DNA from: Candidatus Limnocylindrales bacterium
GTDB taxonomy: Bacteria; Chloroflexota; Limnocylindria; Limnocylindrales; CSP1-4
DNA length: 64,000 bases
Reading direction: 5' to 3'
Assembly: GCA_038245845.1 (NCBI GenBank)
Contig: JBBRRZ010000003.1
Span: forward strand, 42,871 to 106,870
The position numbers and the translations under genes were made by a program. Shown in pieces: positions 48,131 through 57,195 of this stretch (position 1 is its first letter; each line of letters opens with the position of its first letter). The notes beneath the pieces were generated by a model, which was not told the DNA's origin, searched no databases, and worked only from the letters and a program-made list of their open reading frames with translations.

Positions 48131-49437
48131 CCCGCAGGCGACCCGGTCGGCTCGCGGGGCTCGATGCGGCGGAGATGCCGGACGGGCGAGAACCAGATCG
48201 CGGCGGCCCCGAGCAATGCGCCGATCGGTGCGAGGAACGCGGCACCGCGCAGCCCGATCACCTCCGCGAGCACGCCGCCGAGGATCGTCGCGGCGAGCTG
48301 GGCCAGCACCATCGCCACCCGCACCGTCGCGTTGACGCGCCCCAGCTGGCGATCACCGACGCGGGCTTGGCGTACCGAGATCTCGGTCACGTCGAAGGCC
48401 GTCACCGCCGTGTCGCCGATCAGCTGCTGCCCGAGGAGCAGGGCGATGGCGACCGCCGGCATCCCGACCGGCGCCAGGGGGATGAGCAGGTTGCCGACCG
48501 CGGCGAAGAGCATCGACGCGAACACGACGTTGCCGAGCCCGAAGCGCGCCGTCGCGCGCGCCGCGAGGAGCGCTCCCAGGAGCGACCCGAACCCACCCAG
48601 CGCCGCGATGACGCCGATCACCGCCGGGCCCAGGCGCAGCTCCTGGGTGACGAACAGGAGCCATGTCGCACCGAAGATGCCCCACATCGCCGCGAGGCCC
48701 ATCGTGCCCCCGGCGAGGCCGCGCAGCACCGGGTCGTGGATCACGAGACGCAGCCCCTCGGCGATCTCGTGCATCACGGGCTCCCGGTCTGCCACGGGCG
48801 GTGGCGGCGGCTCGGCACGGCGGATCGTCCCGAGCAGCGCGGCCGACACGATGAACGAGCCCGCGTCGATGAGGATCGCGATCGGGGCAGTCAGCAGGTT
48901 GACGAGGAACCCCGCCACGCCGAACGCCGCGAACTCCACGGCGGAGCTGGTCGCTGCGAGCGCGCCGTTCGCCCGGACCAGCTCGGAGCGCGGGACGATC
49001 GTCGGCAGGTATGCCCTGTCGGCGACATCGAAGAACGTCGTCAGGATCGCGGCGAGCGATGCGACGGCGAACACCTGGGCGAGTGTCAGCCAGCCCCCGA
49101 CCGCCGCCAGGGGGACGGATCCCAGCAGCGCCGCACGCCCGATGTCCGCCCAGATCAGCACCGGCCGCCGCCGCAGGCGATCGACCCAGGCGCCGGCGAC
49201 GAACCCCACGAGGAGGGCGGCGACCAGCTCCAGCGAGCGCAGTACGGCGACCTCGATCGGGCCTGCCTTGAGCGTGAGGATCGCGACGAACGGCAGTGCG
49301 ATGCGGGTCACGAACGACCCGAACACCGAGATGGTCGCGGCCGCCCAGACGCGGACGAATGCGCCGTTGCGCCACAGGCTGGCCGTCGGCGTCACGTCGC
49401 GGGTCGGCGGGACGGGATCGAGCAGGGGATCGGTCAC
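48127..49437 (-). CDS. MFS transporter (EntS/MFS_3-like)
   Basis: 12-TM-like hydrophobic pattern, WVDRLRRRP loop motif. Tail-to-tail overlap with ftsY. Confidence 0.85.
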   Translation of the reverse strand: MTDPLLDPVPPTRDVTPTASLWRNGAFVRVWAAATISVFGSFVTRIALPFVAILTLKAGPIEVAVLRSLELVAALLVGFVAGAWVDRLRRRPVLIWADIGRAALLGSVPLAAVGGWLTLAQVFAVASLAAILTTFFDVADRAYLPTIVPRSELVRANGALAATSSAVEFAAFGVAGFLVNLLTAPIAILIDAGSFIVSAALLGTIRRAEPPPPPVADREPVMHEIAEGLRLVIHDPVLRGLAGGTMGLAAMWGIFGATWLLFVTQELRLGPAVIGVIAALGGFGSLLGALLAARATARFGLGNVVFASMLFAAVGNLLIPLAPVGMPAVAIALLLGQQLIGDTAVTAFDVTEISVRQARVGDRQLGRVNATVRVAMVLAQLAATILGGVLAEVIGLRGAAFLAPIGALLGAAAIWFSPVRHLRRIEPREPTGSPAG

Positions 49438-49472
49438 CGCGCGAAGGGTACCGGGCGACAGTCCAAGGCACG

Positions 49473-49483
49473 TGGGCTACACT
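49473..49483 (+). promoter_or_regulatory. Putative -10 (TACACT) upstream of ffh
   Basis: GGGCTACACT about 97 nt upstream of the ffh ATG. The extended TG is displaced, so this is a weaker match. Confidence 0.3.
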
Positions 49484-49579
49484 CGACGCTCCCCGGTGTC
49501 GCCAGAACCCGCGCACCACCCGCCCGGCACCGCCGTCGCGGCCTGATCCAACCGACAGCCAAAGGGTCCCCATCCCCGC

Positions 49580-50914
49580 ATGTTCGACAGCCTGAGCGAT
49601 CGCCTCCGCAAGACCCTGGCCGGGTTGACCGGTCGTGGTCGTGTGACCGAGGCCGACGTCGACGCGGCGATGCGCGAGGTCCGTCTCGCCCTGCTCGAGG
49701 CCGACGTCAACTTCAAGGTCGTCAAGGACTTCGTCGCCCGCGTGCGCGAGCGCGCCATCGGCGCCGACGTCCTCGAGAGCCTGACCGCGGGCCAGCAGGT
49801 CGTGAAGATCGTCAACGACGAGCTCACGGAGCTGCTCTCCGCAGGCGATCGTACGTTCCGGCTCGTCGGCAGTCCCGCCGTCGTCGCGCTCGTCGGCCTC
49901 CAGGGCTCGGGCAAGACGACGTCCGCGGCGAAGCTCGCGAAGCACATCGTCAAGCTGGGTCGCCAGCCACTCCTGGTTGCCGCGGACCCCTACCGCCCCG
50001 CGGCGGCCGACCAGCTCGAGACGCTCGCGAAGAGCATCAACGTCGCTATCTATCGGGCACCCGTGGGGACGCCGACCGTCGACATCGCGCGCCAGGGCAT
50101 CGAGCACGCGAAGCGCATCGGGCGCGACGTGGTGATCATCGACACGGCCGGTCGGCTCACGATCGACGACGCGCTGATGGACGAGATCCGGGTGGTCAGT
50201 GACGCGACGAAGCCCGTCGAGACGCTGCTCGTCGTGGACGCGATGACCGGCCAGGAGGCCGTCACCGTCGCCCAGGGGTTCGCGGCTGCGCTGAGGGTCA
50301 CGGGCCTCGTCCTCACGAAGATCGACGGCGACGCCCGCGGCGGGGCCGCCCTCTCGATCGGCGCCGTCACCGGGATCCCGGTCAAGTTCCTGGGCACCGG
50401 CGAGAAGACGGACGCGCTCGAGGTGTTCCACCCGGACCGCCTCGCCGGCCGGATCCTCGGCATGGGCGACGTCATGACCCTCGTCGAGCGGGCTCAGGAC
50501 GCGTTCGACGAGAAGCAGACGGCCAAGCTCGAGGAATCGGTCCGCAAGGGCTCGTTCACGCTCGAGGACATGCTGTCGTCCATGCGCCAGATGCAGAAGA
50601 TGGGCCCGATGGGCCAGCTGATGGGGATGATCCCCGGCATGGGCGGCATGGCCAAGCAGGCGCAGGACGCCGTCGATCGCGGCGACCTCAAGCGCGTGGA
50701 GGCGATCATCCTCTCGATGACGCCGCGCGAGCGCCGCGAGCCAGGTGTCCTCAACGCCTCGCGCCGCCGGCGCATCGCCAACGGCTCGGGGACGACGCTG
50801 CCCGAGGTCAATCGCCTCGTCAAGCAGTTCGGCGAGATGCAGAAGATGATGAAGCAGCTCTCAGGCTCCGGCGGCAAGCGTGCCGCGATGGGCCAGCTGC
50901 TCGGACGCCGATAA
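49580..50914 (+). CDS. ffh: Signal recognition particle protein Ffh
   Basis: LVGLQGSGKTTSAAKLA, DTAGRL, Met-rich M domain MGMIPGMGGM. Confidence 0.96.
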   Translation: MFDSLSDRLRKTLAGLTGRGRVTEADVDAAMREVRLALLEADVNFKVVKDFVARVRERAIGADVLESLTAGQQVVKIVNDELTELLSAGDRTFRLVGSPAVVALVGLQGSGKTTSAAKLAKHIVKLGRQPLLVAADPYRPAAADQLETLAKSINVAIYRAPVGTPTVDIARQGIEHAKRIGRDVVIIDTAGRLTIDDALMDEIRVVSDATKPVETLLVVDAMTGQEAVTVAQGFAAALRVTGLVLTKIDGDARGGAALSIGAVTGIPVKFLGTGEKTDALEVFHPDRLAGRILGMGDVMTLVERAQDAFDEKQTAKLEESVRKGSFTLEDMLSSMRQMQKMGPMGQLMGMIPGMGGMAKQAQDAVDRGDLKRVEAIILSMTPRERREPGVLNASRRRRIANGSGTTLPEVNRLVKQFGEMQKMMKQLSGSGGKRAAMGQLLGRR

Positions 50915-50925
50915 GGCGGGGGAAC

Positions 50926-52824
50926 ATGACCATGACAGACCAGGATCACACCCAGCGCTTCGAGACGCCGTCGGCGCCACCGCAGCCGCCCGACCCTGTC
51001 GAGGCCGCATCCGGCGCACCCGGGACGCCATCGCCCGCAGACACGCCGCCAACACCGTCCGCCTTCGCGGATCCGGAGGCCGTGCCGACGACACCCGTGG
51101 CTCCGGTCACGGCGGCCGGACCCGCTCGCGGGAGCCGCAGCCGCGTCCGCTGGCTCGCCGCGCTCGTCGTCACTGTCGTCGTCGTGGGTCTCGCCGCGGG
51201 CGCAACGCTCCTGCTCACCAGCGACTCCGGCGACCCTGCGGTCCTCGCCTACGCCCCGAAGGACAGCCTCGTCTACAGCGAGCTTCGCCTCGATCTGCCG
51301 GGCAGCCAGCAGGCCCAGCTCGCGAAGCTCATGACGGCGTTCCCGGGCTTCGACGACCAGGCCGCGTTTCCGACCAAGCTCAACGAGGCGCTGGACCAGA
51401 TCCTGGGCAAGGCGACCAATGGCACGCAGTCCTGGGCGACGGACATCGACCCGTGGTTCGGGCGCCAGGTCTCGGTCAGCGTCGGTCCGTTCCCGGCTAC
51501 CGCAGCGGCTGCCGCCAGTGCCCACGGCCTGGTGTTGCTGAGCGTCAAGGATGCCCCGAAGGCCGAGGGATGGGCCGCGGCACTCGTCACCCGCGAAGGC
51601 GCGACGACGACCACCGAGTCCTACAACGGCGTCACGATCACCTCGGTCACGCCGAAGGACGGCGCGCCGGCCGGGATGGCGGACGTCCACACGGCGTACG
51701 CGGTCATCGGACCCGTCCTCGCGCTGGGCGATGTCGCCTCGGTCAAGGCGGCGATCGACACCAAGGGCACCGCCGGCCTGAACACGGTCGCGCAGTTCAA
51801 GACCGCCGAGGCCTCGGTCTCGGGCGATCGGCTGGGCTTCGGGTACGTGGACGCCAAGGGCCTCAGTGCGGCCGCGAAGGACCTCGCAGGTGGTGCCGCA
51901 TCGGCGATGCCCAGCCTGCCCGCGGCGTTCAGCGACCTCGCGCCTGCCTGGACCGTCGGGGCGATCCGCGCCCAGGACGGCGGCTTCGTCATCGATACCC
52001 GCAACCCGCACGTTGCCAAGCTCGGCCCGGCCACCACCGCCGAGACGACGCTCGCGTCGATCCTGCCGCCGACCACGGTCGCGCTCGCGGAGGGCCACGA
52101 CGTCGGCGCGGCGCTGACCCGCATCAAGGACCTCGCCGCCACGGACCCGGAGCTCGCGAAGAGCGTCAAGGACCTCGAGAGCTCGCTCCGGATCGTCGGC
52201 GGCTGGGACGCCATCACCGGCTGGATGGGCGAGGCCGGGATCGCAGTCACGCGCGACGGTGACACGATCGGCGGCGGGATCGTCGTCGTGCCGACGGATC
52301 GCGCGGCCGCCGAGCGCCTCCTGACCCAGCTCCGCGGGTTCATCGAGCTCGCGGGCGGCACGTCCGGCCTCAAGGTCACCGACGAGGCCTACGCGGACGC
52401 GACGATCACCGTCGTGGACCTCGGCAACCTCGGCGACCTGGCGGGTGCGGCAACGGGCGGCGCCGTCGAGGCGCCGGCCAACCTCCAGATCTCGTACACC
52501 GTGACCGACCAGGCGGTCGTGATCGGCTATGGGACCGGGTTCACGAAGGCCGTGCTTGACGCTCGCACCGGTGATTCGCTCGCGAAGAGCGACCGCTTCG
52601 CTGCCGCGCTCAAGCAGGCGGGTTCCAGGCATGCCTCGTTGTTCTGGGTCGATGTCGCCGGGATCCGCAGTCACATCGAAGGGATGATCCCGGCCGCCGA
52701 CAAGGCCGATTACGAGGCGAACGCCAAGCCGTACCTCGACGCCTTCGACTCCATCATCGGGTCCTACGTGCCCGGCGAGGAGCTCGACCGGGGTACCGTC
52801 ATCATCCACGTCACCGGCAGCTAG
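50926..52824 (+). CDS. Membrane-anchored hypothetical protein, DUF3352-like (tentative)
   Basis: Pro-rich N-terminus, one TM (WLAALVVTVVVVGLAAGATLLL), then a roughly 530-aa extracytoplasmic domain. Correct codon bias. Family assignment is from memory only. Confidence 0.7.
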   Translation: MTMTDQDHTQRFETPSAPPQPPDPVEAASGAPGTPSPADTPPTPSAFADPEAVPTTPVAPVTAAGPARGSRSRVRWLAALVVTVVVVGLAAGATLLLTSDSGDPAVLAYAPKDSLVYSELRLDLPGSQQAQLAKLMTAFPGFDDQAAFPTKLNEALDQILGKATNGTQSWATDIDPWFGRQVSVSVGPFPATAAAAASAHGLVLLSVKDAPKAEGWAAALVTREGATTTTESYNGVTITSVTPKDGAPAGMADVHTAYAVIGPVLALGDVASVKAAIDTKGTAGLNTVAQFKTAEASVSGDRLGFGYVDAKGLSAAAKDLAGGAASAMPSLPAAFSDLAPAWTVGAIRAQDGGFVIDTRNPHVAKLGPATTAETTLASILPPTTVALAEGHDVGAALTRIKDLAATDPELAKSVKDLESSLRIVGGWDAITGWMGEAGIAVTRDGDTIGGGIVVVPTDRAAAERLLTQLRGFIELAGGTSGLKVTDEAYADATITVVDLGNLGDLAGAATGGAVEAPANLQISYTVTDQAVVIGYGTGFTKAVLDARTGDSLAKSDRFAAALKQAGSRHASLFWVDVAGIRSHIEGMIPAADKADYEANAKPYLDAFDSIIGSYVPGEELDRGTVIIHVTGS

Positions 52825-52893
52825 CCACCACACAGCCCACACGCATGACCGGGTCCGCCCAAGGACCCGGCCGATGGAGGAGCACCGCACCCC

Positions 52894-53148
52894 ATGGCCG
52901 TCCGCATCCGCCTGACTCGAGTCGGCGCGCACAAGCAGCCGTCATACCGGCTGGTCGTCGCCGACAGCCGTTCCGCCCGGGACGGCCGCGCTCTCGACAC
53001 CATCGGTCATTACAACCCCCGGACCGATCCCATCGACGTCCACATCGACGAGGAGAAGGCCCGCGACTGGCTCGCCAAGGGCGCCCAGCCGTCCGACACC
53101 GTCAAGCGCCTGTTCAAGAACGCCGGCATCACGCCGGGCGCGAAGTAG
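52894..53148 (+). CDS. rpsP: 30S ribosomal protein S16
   Basis: [23 protein letters not shown]-terminus. Confidence 0.96.
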   Translation: MAVRIRLTRVGAHKQPSYRLVVADSRSARDGRALDTIGHYNPRTDPIDVHIDEEKARDWLAKGAQPSDTVKRLFKNAGITPGAK

Positions 53149-53155
53149 GCCGCGG

Positions 53156-53389
53156 ATGGCAGCCGCCGAACTGGTCGAATACGTCGCCAAGTCGCTCGTC
53201 GATGATCCCGAGGCCGTGACGGTCGAGATCGTCAACGGCGAGGACGGAACCATCATCGAGCTGCACGTGGCCGAGGCCGACATGGGCAAGGTCATCGGGC
53301 GCAACGGGTCGGTCGCGAAGGCGCTCCGGACGCTGCTCAAGGTGACCTCCGCCCGCTCGGGCGAGCCGGTCAGCCTCGAGATCGTCTGA
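53156..53389 (+). CDS. ylqC: KH-domain RNA-binding protein (YlqC family)
   Basis: 77 aa, GKVIGRNGSVAKALRTLL GxxG loop. rpsP-KH-rimM synteny. Confidence 0.9.
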   Translation: MAAAELVEYVAKSLVDDPEAVTVEIVNGEDGTIIELHVAEADMGKVIGRNGSVAKALRTLLKVTSARSGEPVSLEIV

Positions 53390-53482
53390 GCAGGCCCGGC
53401 CCTGGCTCCCGCCGAGCGCCCGCGCAGCGACGCCGCGCCTGACGCCACGCCCGACGCGCCCGCGCGCCTCACGGTCGGGCTC

Positions 53483-54277
53483 GTGCGCGGCCTCCGCGGC
53501 CTGCGCGGGCACGTCCGCATCGAGCTCCTCACGGATCGTCCCGAGGAGCGCTTCACCGTGGGCGCCGTCCTGTACCCGGAAGGGTCGGCGCGCGGCCTGA
53601 CCATCGATGAGGCCTCCGCCGTCGCGGACGGACCCGGCTGGTGGATCCGCTTCCGGGAGTACCCGAACCGGGACGCCGCGGAAGAGCTTCGCGACGTCTA
53701 CCTGGAGATCGAGCCGCCCGCCGAGACCCGCGAGCCCGGGACCTGGTTGTGGCACGAGCTGCAGGGCATCGAGGTCCGCGGCTCGAACGGCGAGCAGCTC
53801 GGCCGGGTGGCCGAGATCTATCGGGCAGGCGGCGCCGAGGTGTTCGTCGTGCGCGGCCCGCGCGGGGAGCTGGACGTGCCCGGCGTCAAGGGCATCGTGC
53901 TCGACCTGGCACCCGAGCGCGGCGAGATGATCGTGGATATGGAGGCGCTCGCGCTCGACGCTCGCCCGGTGGAGGACGACTACGTCCGCCCGCGCGACCG
54001 GCGCCCTCCGAACCCGAAGCAGCCCAAGGCGCCGAAGCCGAAGCCCGCGCCGGTCGCGAAGGCCCCGGTCGCGCCGCCTGCGGTCGACATCGGCGAGATC
54101 CCCGGCACGGGCTGGGACACACCGCGCCCGGCTCGGCGCAAGCCAAAGGCGAAGCAGAAGCCGAAGGGGCCGCCGACGCTCGAGGCAGGGATGGCGCACG
54201 CGCCGGAGGCCGCGCCGGCGCCCGCGCCCGAGGCTGCGCCGGCAACCGCGCCGGAGCCGCCGGCCGACACCGACTGA
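53483..54277 (+). CDS. rimM: Ribosome maturation factor RimM with a Lys/Pro/Ala-rich C-terminal extension
   Basis: [19 protein letters not shown] and PRC-barrel region. The first canonical start is the GTG at 53483, but conserved-looking N-terminal residues (RLTVGL) lie upstream in frame, so the true start may be earlier. Confidence 0.85.
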   Translation: MRGLRGLRGHVRIELLTDRPEERFTVGAVLYPEGSARGLTIDEASAVADGPGWWIRFREYPNRDAAEELRDVYLEIEPPAETREPGTWLWHELQGIEVRGSNGEQLGRVAEIYRAGGAEVFVVRGPRGELDVPGVKGIVLDLAPERGEMIVDMEALALDARPVEDDYVRPRDRRPPNPKQPKAPKPKPAPVAKAPVAPPAVDIGEIPGTGWDTPRPARRKPKAKQKPKGPPTLEAGMAHAPEAAPAPAPEAAPATAPEPPADTD

Positions 54278-54288
54278 CGGGCAGGCCG

Positions 54289-55050
54289 ATGCCGCTCGAG
54301 ATCGACGTCCTCACGCTGTTCCCGCCGATGGTCGAGGGACCGCTGGGCGCGAGCATCCCCGCGCGCATTCTCGAGCGCGGGCTGGCGACCGTGCGGGTGC
54401 ACGACCTCCGCGCGTGGGGCCTCGGCCGGCATCGGGCGGTCGATGACTCCACGTACGGCGGCGGGGCGGGCATGGTCCTGCGTCCGGAGCCCGTGGCCGC
54501 GGCCCTCGCGGCGCTCCGCCGGCCGGACTCGGTCGTCATCCTCCTCGACCCGGCGGGCGGGGTCTTCCGCCAGGCCGTTGCGCACGAGCTCGCCGGGACC
54601 TCCCACCTCGTGTTCCTGTGCCCGCGCTATGAGGGCGTCGACGAGCGCATCCGCTCGATGGTGGACCGTGAGCTGTCGATCGGGGACTACGTCCTCACGG
54701 GCGGCGAGCTCGGGGCGCTCGTGATCATCGACGCGGTGATTCGGCTGCTCCCCGGGGCGATCGACGAGGCGTCCACCACCGAGGAGTCATTCGCGGCGGG
54801 GCTCCTGGAATACCCGCAGTACACCCGCCCTGCCGAGTTCGATGGCGTGTCGGTGCCGCCGGTGCTCGTCTCCGGCCACCACGAGCAGGTCCGCAAGTGG
54901 CGGCTGAAGGAGTCCCTCCGCCGAACGCTCGAGCGGCGCCCGGACCTCCTCGAGGGCCGTGCCTTCTCGAAGGACGAGGCGAAGGCGATGGCCCAGCTCC
55001 GCGAGGAGATCGACGCCGGACCGGCCCGCGACGACGACGGGGACGCCTGA
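54289..55050 (+). CDS. trmD: tRNA (guanine37-N1)-methyltransferase
   Basis: Internal ATG ([14 protein letters not shown]). GGGAGMVL and [11 protein letters not shown] motifs. Confidence 0.95.
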   Translation: MPLEIDVLTLFPPMVEGPLGASIPARILERGLATVRVHDLRAWGLGRHRAVDDSTYGGGAGMVLRPEPVAAALAALRRPDSVVILLDPAGGVFRQAVAHELAGTSHLVFLCPRYEGVDERIRSMVDRELSIGDYVLTGGELGALVIIDAVIRLLPGAIDEASTTEESFAAGLLEYPQYTRPAEFDGVSVPPVLVSGHHEQVRKWRLKESLRRTLERRPDLLEGRAFSKDEAKAMAQLREEIDAGPARDDDGDA

Positions 55051-55066
55051 CACCGCACGCCTGCCG

Positions 55067-55075
55067 TGCTATCCT
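55067..55075 (+). promoter_or_regulatory. Putative extended -10 (TGCTATCCT) upstream of rplS
   Basis: TGnTAnnnT about 100 nt upstream of the rplS GTG. Confidence 0.4.
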
Positions 55076-55173
55076 CCGCCGTCGGCCGCGCCGTTGTTTC
55101 GGCTCGCCGTCCCGGAACCTGCACCACTCGCAGCCGCGGCTGCCGCCGACACGAACGACAAGGACCCACCACC

Positions 55174-55518
55174 GTGAACGTGCTCAACGAGATCGTCCAG
55201 GACCAGCTCCGCACCGACCTCCCGGTCATCACGCCCGGCGACACCGTCAAGGTCGCGGCGAAGGTCGTCGAGGGGACCCGCGAGCGAGTCCAGATCTTCG
55301 AGGGTCTCGTGATGCGGATGCGCAACAGCGGGATCGCGTCGACGATCACCGTCCGCCGGATCGCCTCGGGCGTCGGGGTGGAGCGCACGTTCAAGCTCCA
55401 CAGTCCGCGCATCGAGCGTATCGAGGTCATCCGTCACGGCCAGGTCCGCCGCGCGAAGCTGTACTTCCTGCGCAACCGCGTGGGCAAGGCAGCGACGACG
55501 CTCCGCGAGCGCCGCTAG
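55174..55518 (+). CDS. rplS: 50S ribosomal protein L19
   Basis: GTG start ([12 protein letters not shown]). [26 protein letters not shown] core. Confidence 0.95.
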   Translation: MNVLNEIVQDQLRTDLPVITPGDTVKVAAKVVEGTRERVQIFEGLVMRMRNSGIASTITVRRIASGVGVERTFKLHSPRIERIEVIRHGQVRRAKLYFLRNRVGKAATTLRERR

Positions 55519-55557
55519 CCTGCTCGCCGGTCACGCCGGCGCCGCCGCTCGAACGCC

Positions 55558-55581
55558 CGACCCCGGCCCGTGCCGGGGTCG
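55558..55581. terminator. Hairpin after rplS, facing the minus-strand mini-ORF
   Basis: 10-bp perfect stem CGACCCCGGC / GCCGGGGTCG, loop CCGT. No U-tract. Confidence 0.5.
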
Positions 55582-55598
55582 CTTCATGTCCGGGCCGG

Positions 55599-55715
55599 TC
55601 AGAGGTCCACGGTGCCCGAAACCACGGTCACGCACCGGCCGCCCACGAGGATCGTGCCGTCGGGGTCCTGCGTCACCGAGGTGAAGACGTCGACCTGGGC
55701 GAACGGACGCTGCAT
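55599..55715 (-). pseudogene. PhzF-family remnant (38-codon ORF fusing N- and C-terminal ends)
   Basis: Minus-strand translation is MQRPFAQVDVFTSVTQDPDGTILVGGRCVTVVSGTVDL. PFAQVDVFT resembles PhzF/YddE N-termini and VGGRCVTVVSGTVDL resembles their C-termini. The roughly 250 residues in between are absent. Confidence 0.5.
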
Positions 55716-55779
55716 CGCCGCCAGTCTGGCACGGCTCGGGAAAGCCGCCGGCACGCGGCCCGCGCTACGCTACGGCCCG

Positions 55780-56544
55780 ATGGCCCCGATCGTCCCGACC
55801 CTCCGCTGGGAGCGCCCCCTGTGGCGAGGCGGCGCGTTGCGGATCGCGGGCGTCGACGAGGTCGGCGTCGCGCCGACGAGTGGCGCGGTCGTCGCCGCGG
55901 CCGTGATCATGCCGCCCAACTGCCATCGGATCGAGGGCGTACGCGACTCCAAGACGATGAGCGCGCTCCAGCGCGAGCGGCTCGCCCCCGTCATCCGCCG
56001 GCGCGCGATCGCGGTGGGGATCGGGGCAGCCTCCGTGGCGGACATCGACCGGCTGAACATCTACCACGCGACCCACCTGGCGATGCGCCGCGCGATCGCG
56101 CGGCTGGGGGGCCACGACCATGTCCTCGTGGACGGCCTCCGGATCGCGGAGTTCGATGTGCAGGTCGGTCCGTACACGGCGATCGTCGACGGGGACGCGC
56201 GCGTGTACTCGATCGCCTGCGCGTCGGTGGTCGCGAAGGTCGTCCGCGACCGGATGATGGCGAAGCTGGCGGTCCGCTACCCGGCCTACGGCTGGGAGCA
56301 CAACCAGGGCTATGCAACCAGGGAGCACCGCGACGCGATCCGCGCACACGGCCTCACGCCCCATCACCGCAGCTCGTGGCAGGCGATCCAGGTGCTGCTG
56401 GCCGGGGACCAGCTCTCGCTGTTCGATGCGCCGGCTGGCGCCGTACCGGTGGGCCTGCCGGAGGACGTCGTCGCGGTCATGGCGGACGATGCCGATGCCT
56501 TCGCTGCCGAGCTGGGCGACGAGGCGTTCGCGACAATCGGCTAG
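55780..56544 (+). CDS. rnhB: Ribonuclease HII
   Basis: Internal ATG (MAPIVPTLRWE). GVDEVG, DSKTMS and SIACASVVAKV motifs. Confidence 0.9.
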   Translation: MAPIVPTLRWERPLWRGGALRIAGVDEVGVAPTSGAVVAAAVIMPPNCHRIEGVRDSKTMSALQRERLAPVIRRRAIAVGIGAASVADIDRLNIYHATHLAMRRAIARLGGHDHVLVDGLRIAEFDVQVGPYTAIVDGDARVYSIACASVVAKVVRDRMMAKLAVRYPAYGWEHNQGYATREHRDAIRAHGLTPHHRSSWQAIQVLLAGDQLSLFDAPAGAVPVGLPEDVVAVMADDADAFAAELGDEAFATIG

Positions 56545-56654
56545 GGCTTGGGCCCCAGCCCGCCCCGGTGCTGCCCGTGGCGCCCGGTGCCGGACCGCTG
56601 CCAGCGGGCTGCGGCCCGGCGTGGAGCCCGGATGCGATAAGCCGCGGGTAAGCG

Positions 56655-57077
56655 ATGCAGGCCATGCTGCAGGGTATGGAGCGGGTCACGAGCACGGAGG
56701 CCCAACGGATCGGGGATGCGGGCGAGCGGCTCGTCGCGCGGCGACTCGAGTCCGCGGGCTGGACGATCCTCGGGCGTAACGTGCGCGTCGGCCGGGACGA
56801 GCTGGACCTCGTCGCCGTCGACCCCGGCCCGCCGCGCATGCTCGTCGTCCTCGAGGTGCGGCGCCGCAACCGACGCGACTTCGGGCTTGCGGAGGAGACG
56901 CTCGACCATCGAAAGCGGGTCGCGCTCCGGCGCGCGATCGGCGGGCTGATGGAGCGGGGCCATCTGCCGGACGGGCGTGCCCTGCCGGCGCTGCCGCTGC
57001 GGATCGACCTCGTCGCGCTCGACGTGGACGGCAACGGGCGGCCCTCGCTGCGACATCACCGCGCGATCGCCCCATGA
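56655..57077 (+). CDS. yraN: YraN-family endonuclease-like protein (UPF0102)
   Basis: GERLVARRLESAGWTILGRNVRVGRDELDLVA. rnhB-yraN synteny. The exact Met start is uncertain. Confidence 0.85.
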   Translation: MQAMLQGMERVTSTEAQRIGDAGERLVARRLESAGWTILGRNVRVGRDELDLVAVDPGPPRMLVVLEVRRRNRRDFGLAEETLDHRKRVALRRAIGGLMERGHLPDGRALPALPLRIDLVALDVDGNGRPSLRHHRAIAP

Positions 57078-57082
57078 CCGTG

Positions 57083-57132
57083 TGCGGACGCCGGCGCCGA
57101 ACGACGCCCGGCGCCCGGCCGGACCGTCCGCA
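57083..57132 (+). terminator. Large GC-rich stem-loop after yraN (terminator-like, no U-tract)
   Basis: Outer 8-bp stem TGCGGACG (57083-90) / CGTCCGCA (57125-32) encloses further CCGGCGCC / GGCGCCCGG pairing. Confidence 0.4.
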
Positions 57133-57186
57133 GCACGGCCCGGGAACGCACGGCGGACGCGGACGACAGGCCCGCCGGGACCCCCG

Positions 57187-57195
57187 TGCTACACT
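57187..57195 (+). promoter_or_regulatory. Putative extended -10 (TGCTACACT) of the rpsB-tsf operon
   Basis: Perfect TGnTAnnnT about 183 nt upstream of the rpsB GTG. Confidence 0.45.

Noticed and set aside
53641-54288. The 469-aa ORF-track version of trmD overlapping all of rimM.
   Set aside because: The upstream 216 codons are Arg/Gly/Ala-rich junk in an alternative frame of rimM. The canonical TrmD N-terminus ([12 protein letters not shown]) begins at 54289, just after the rimM stop.
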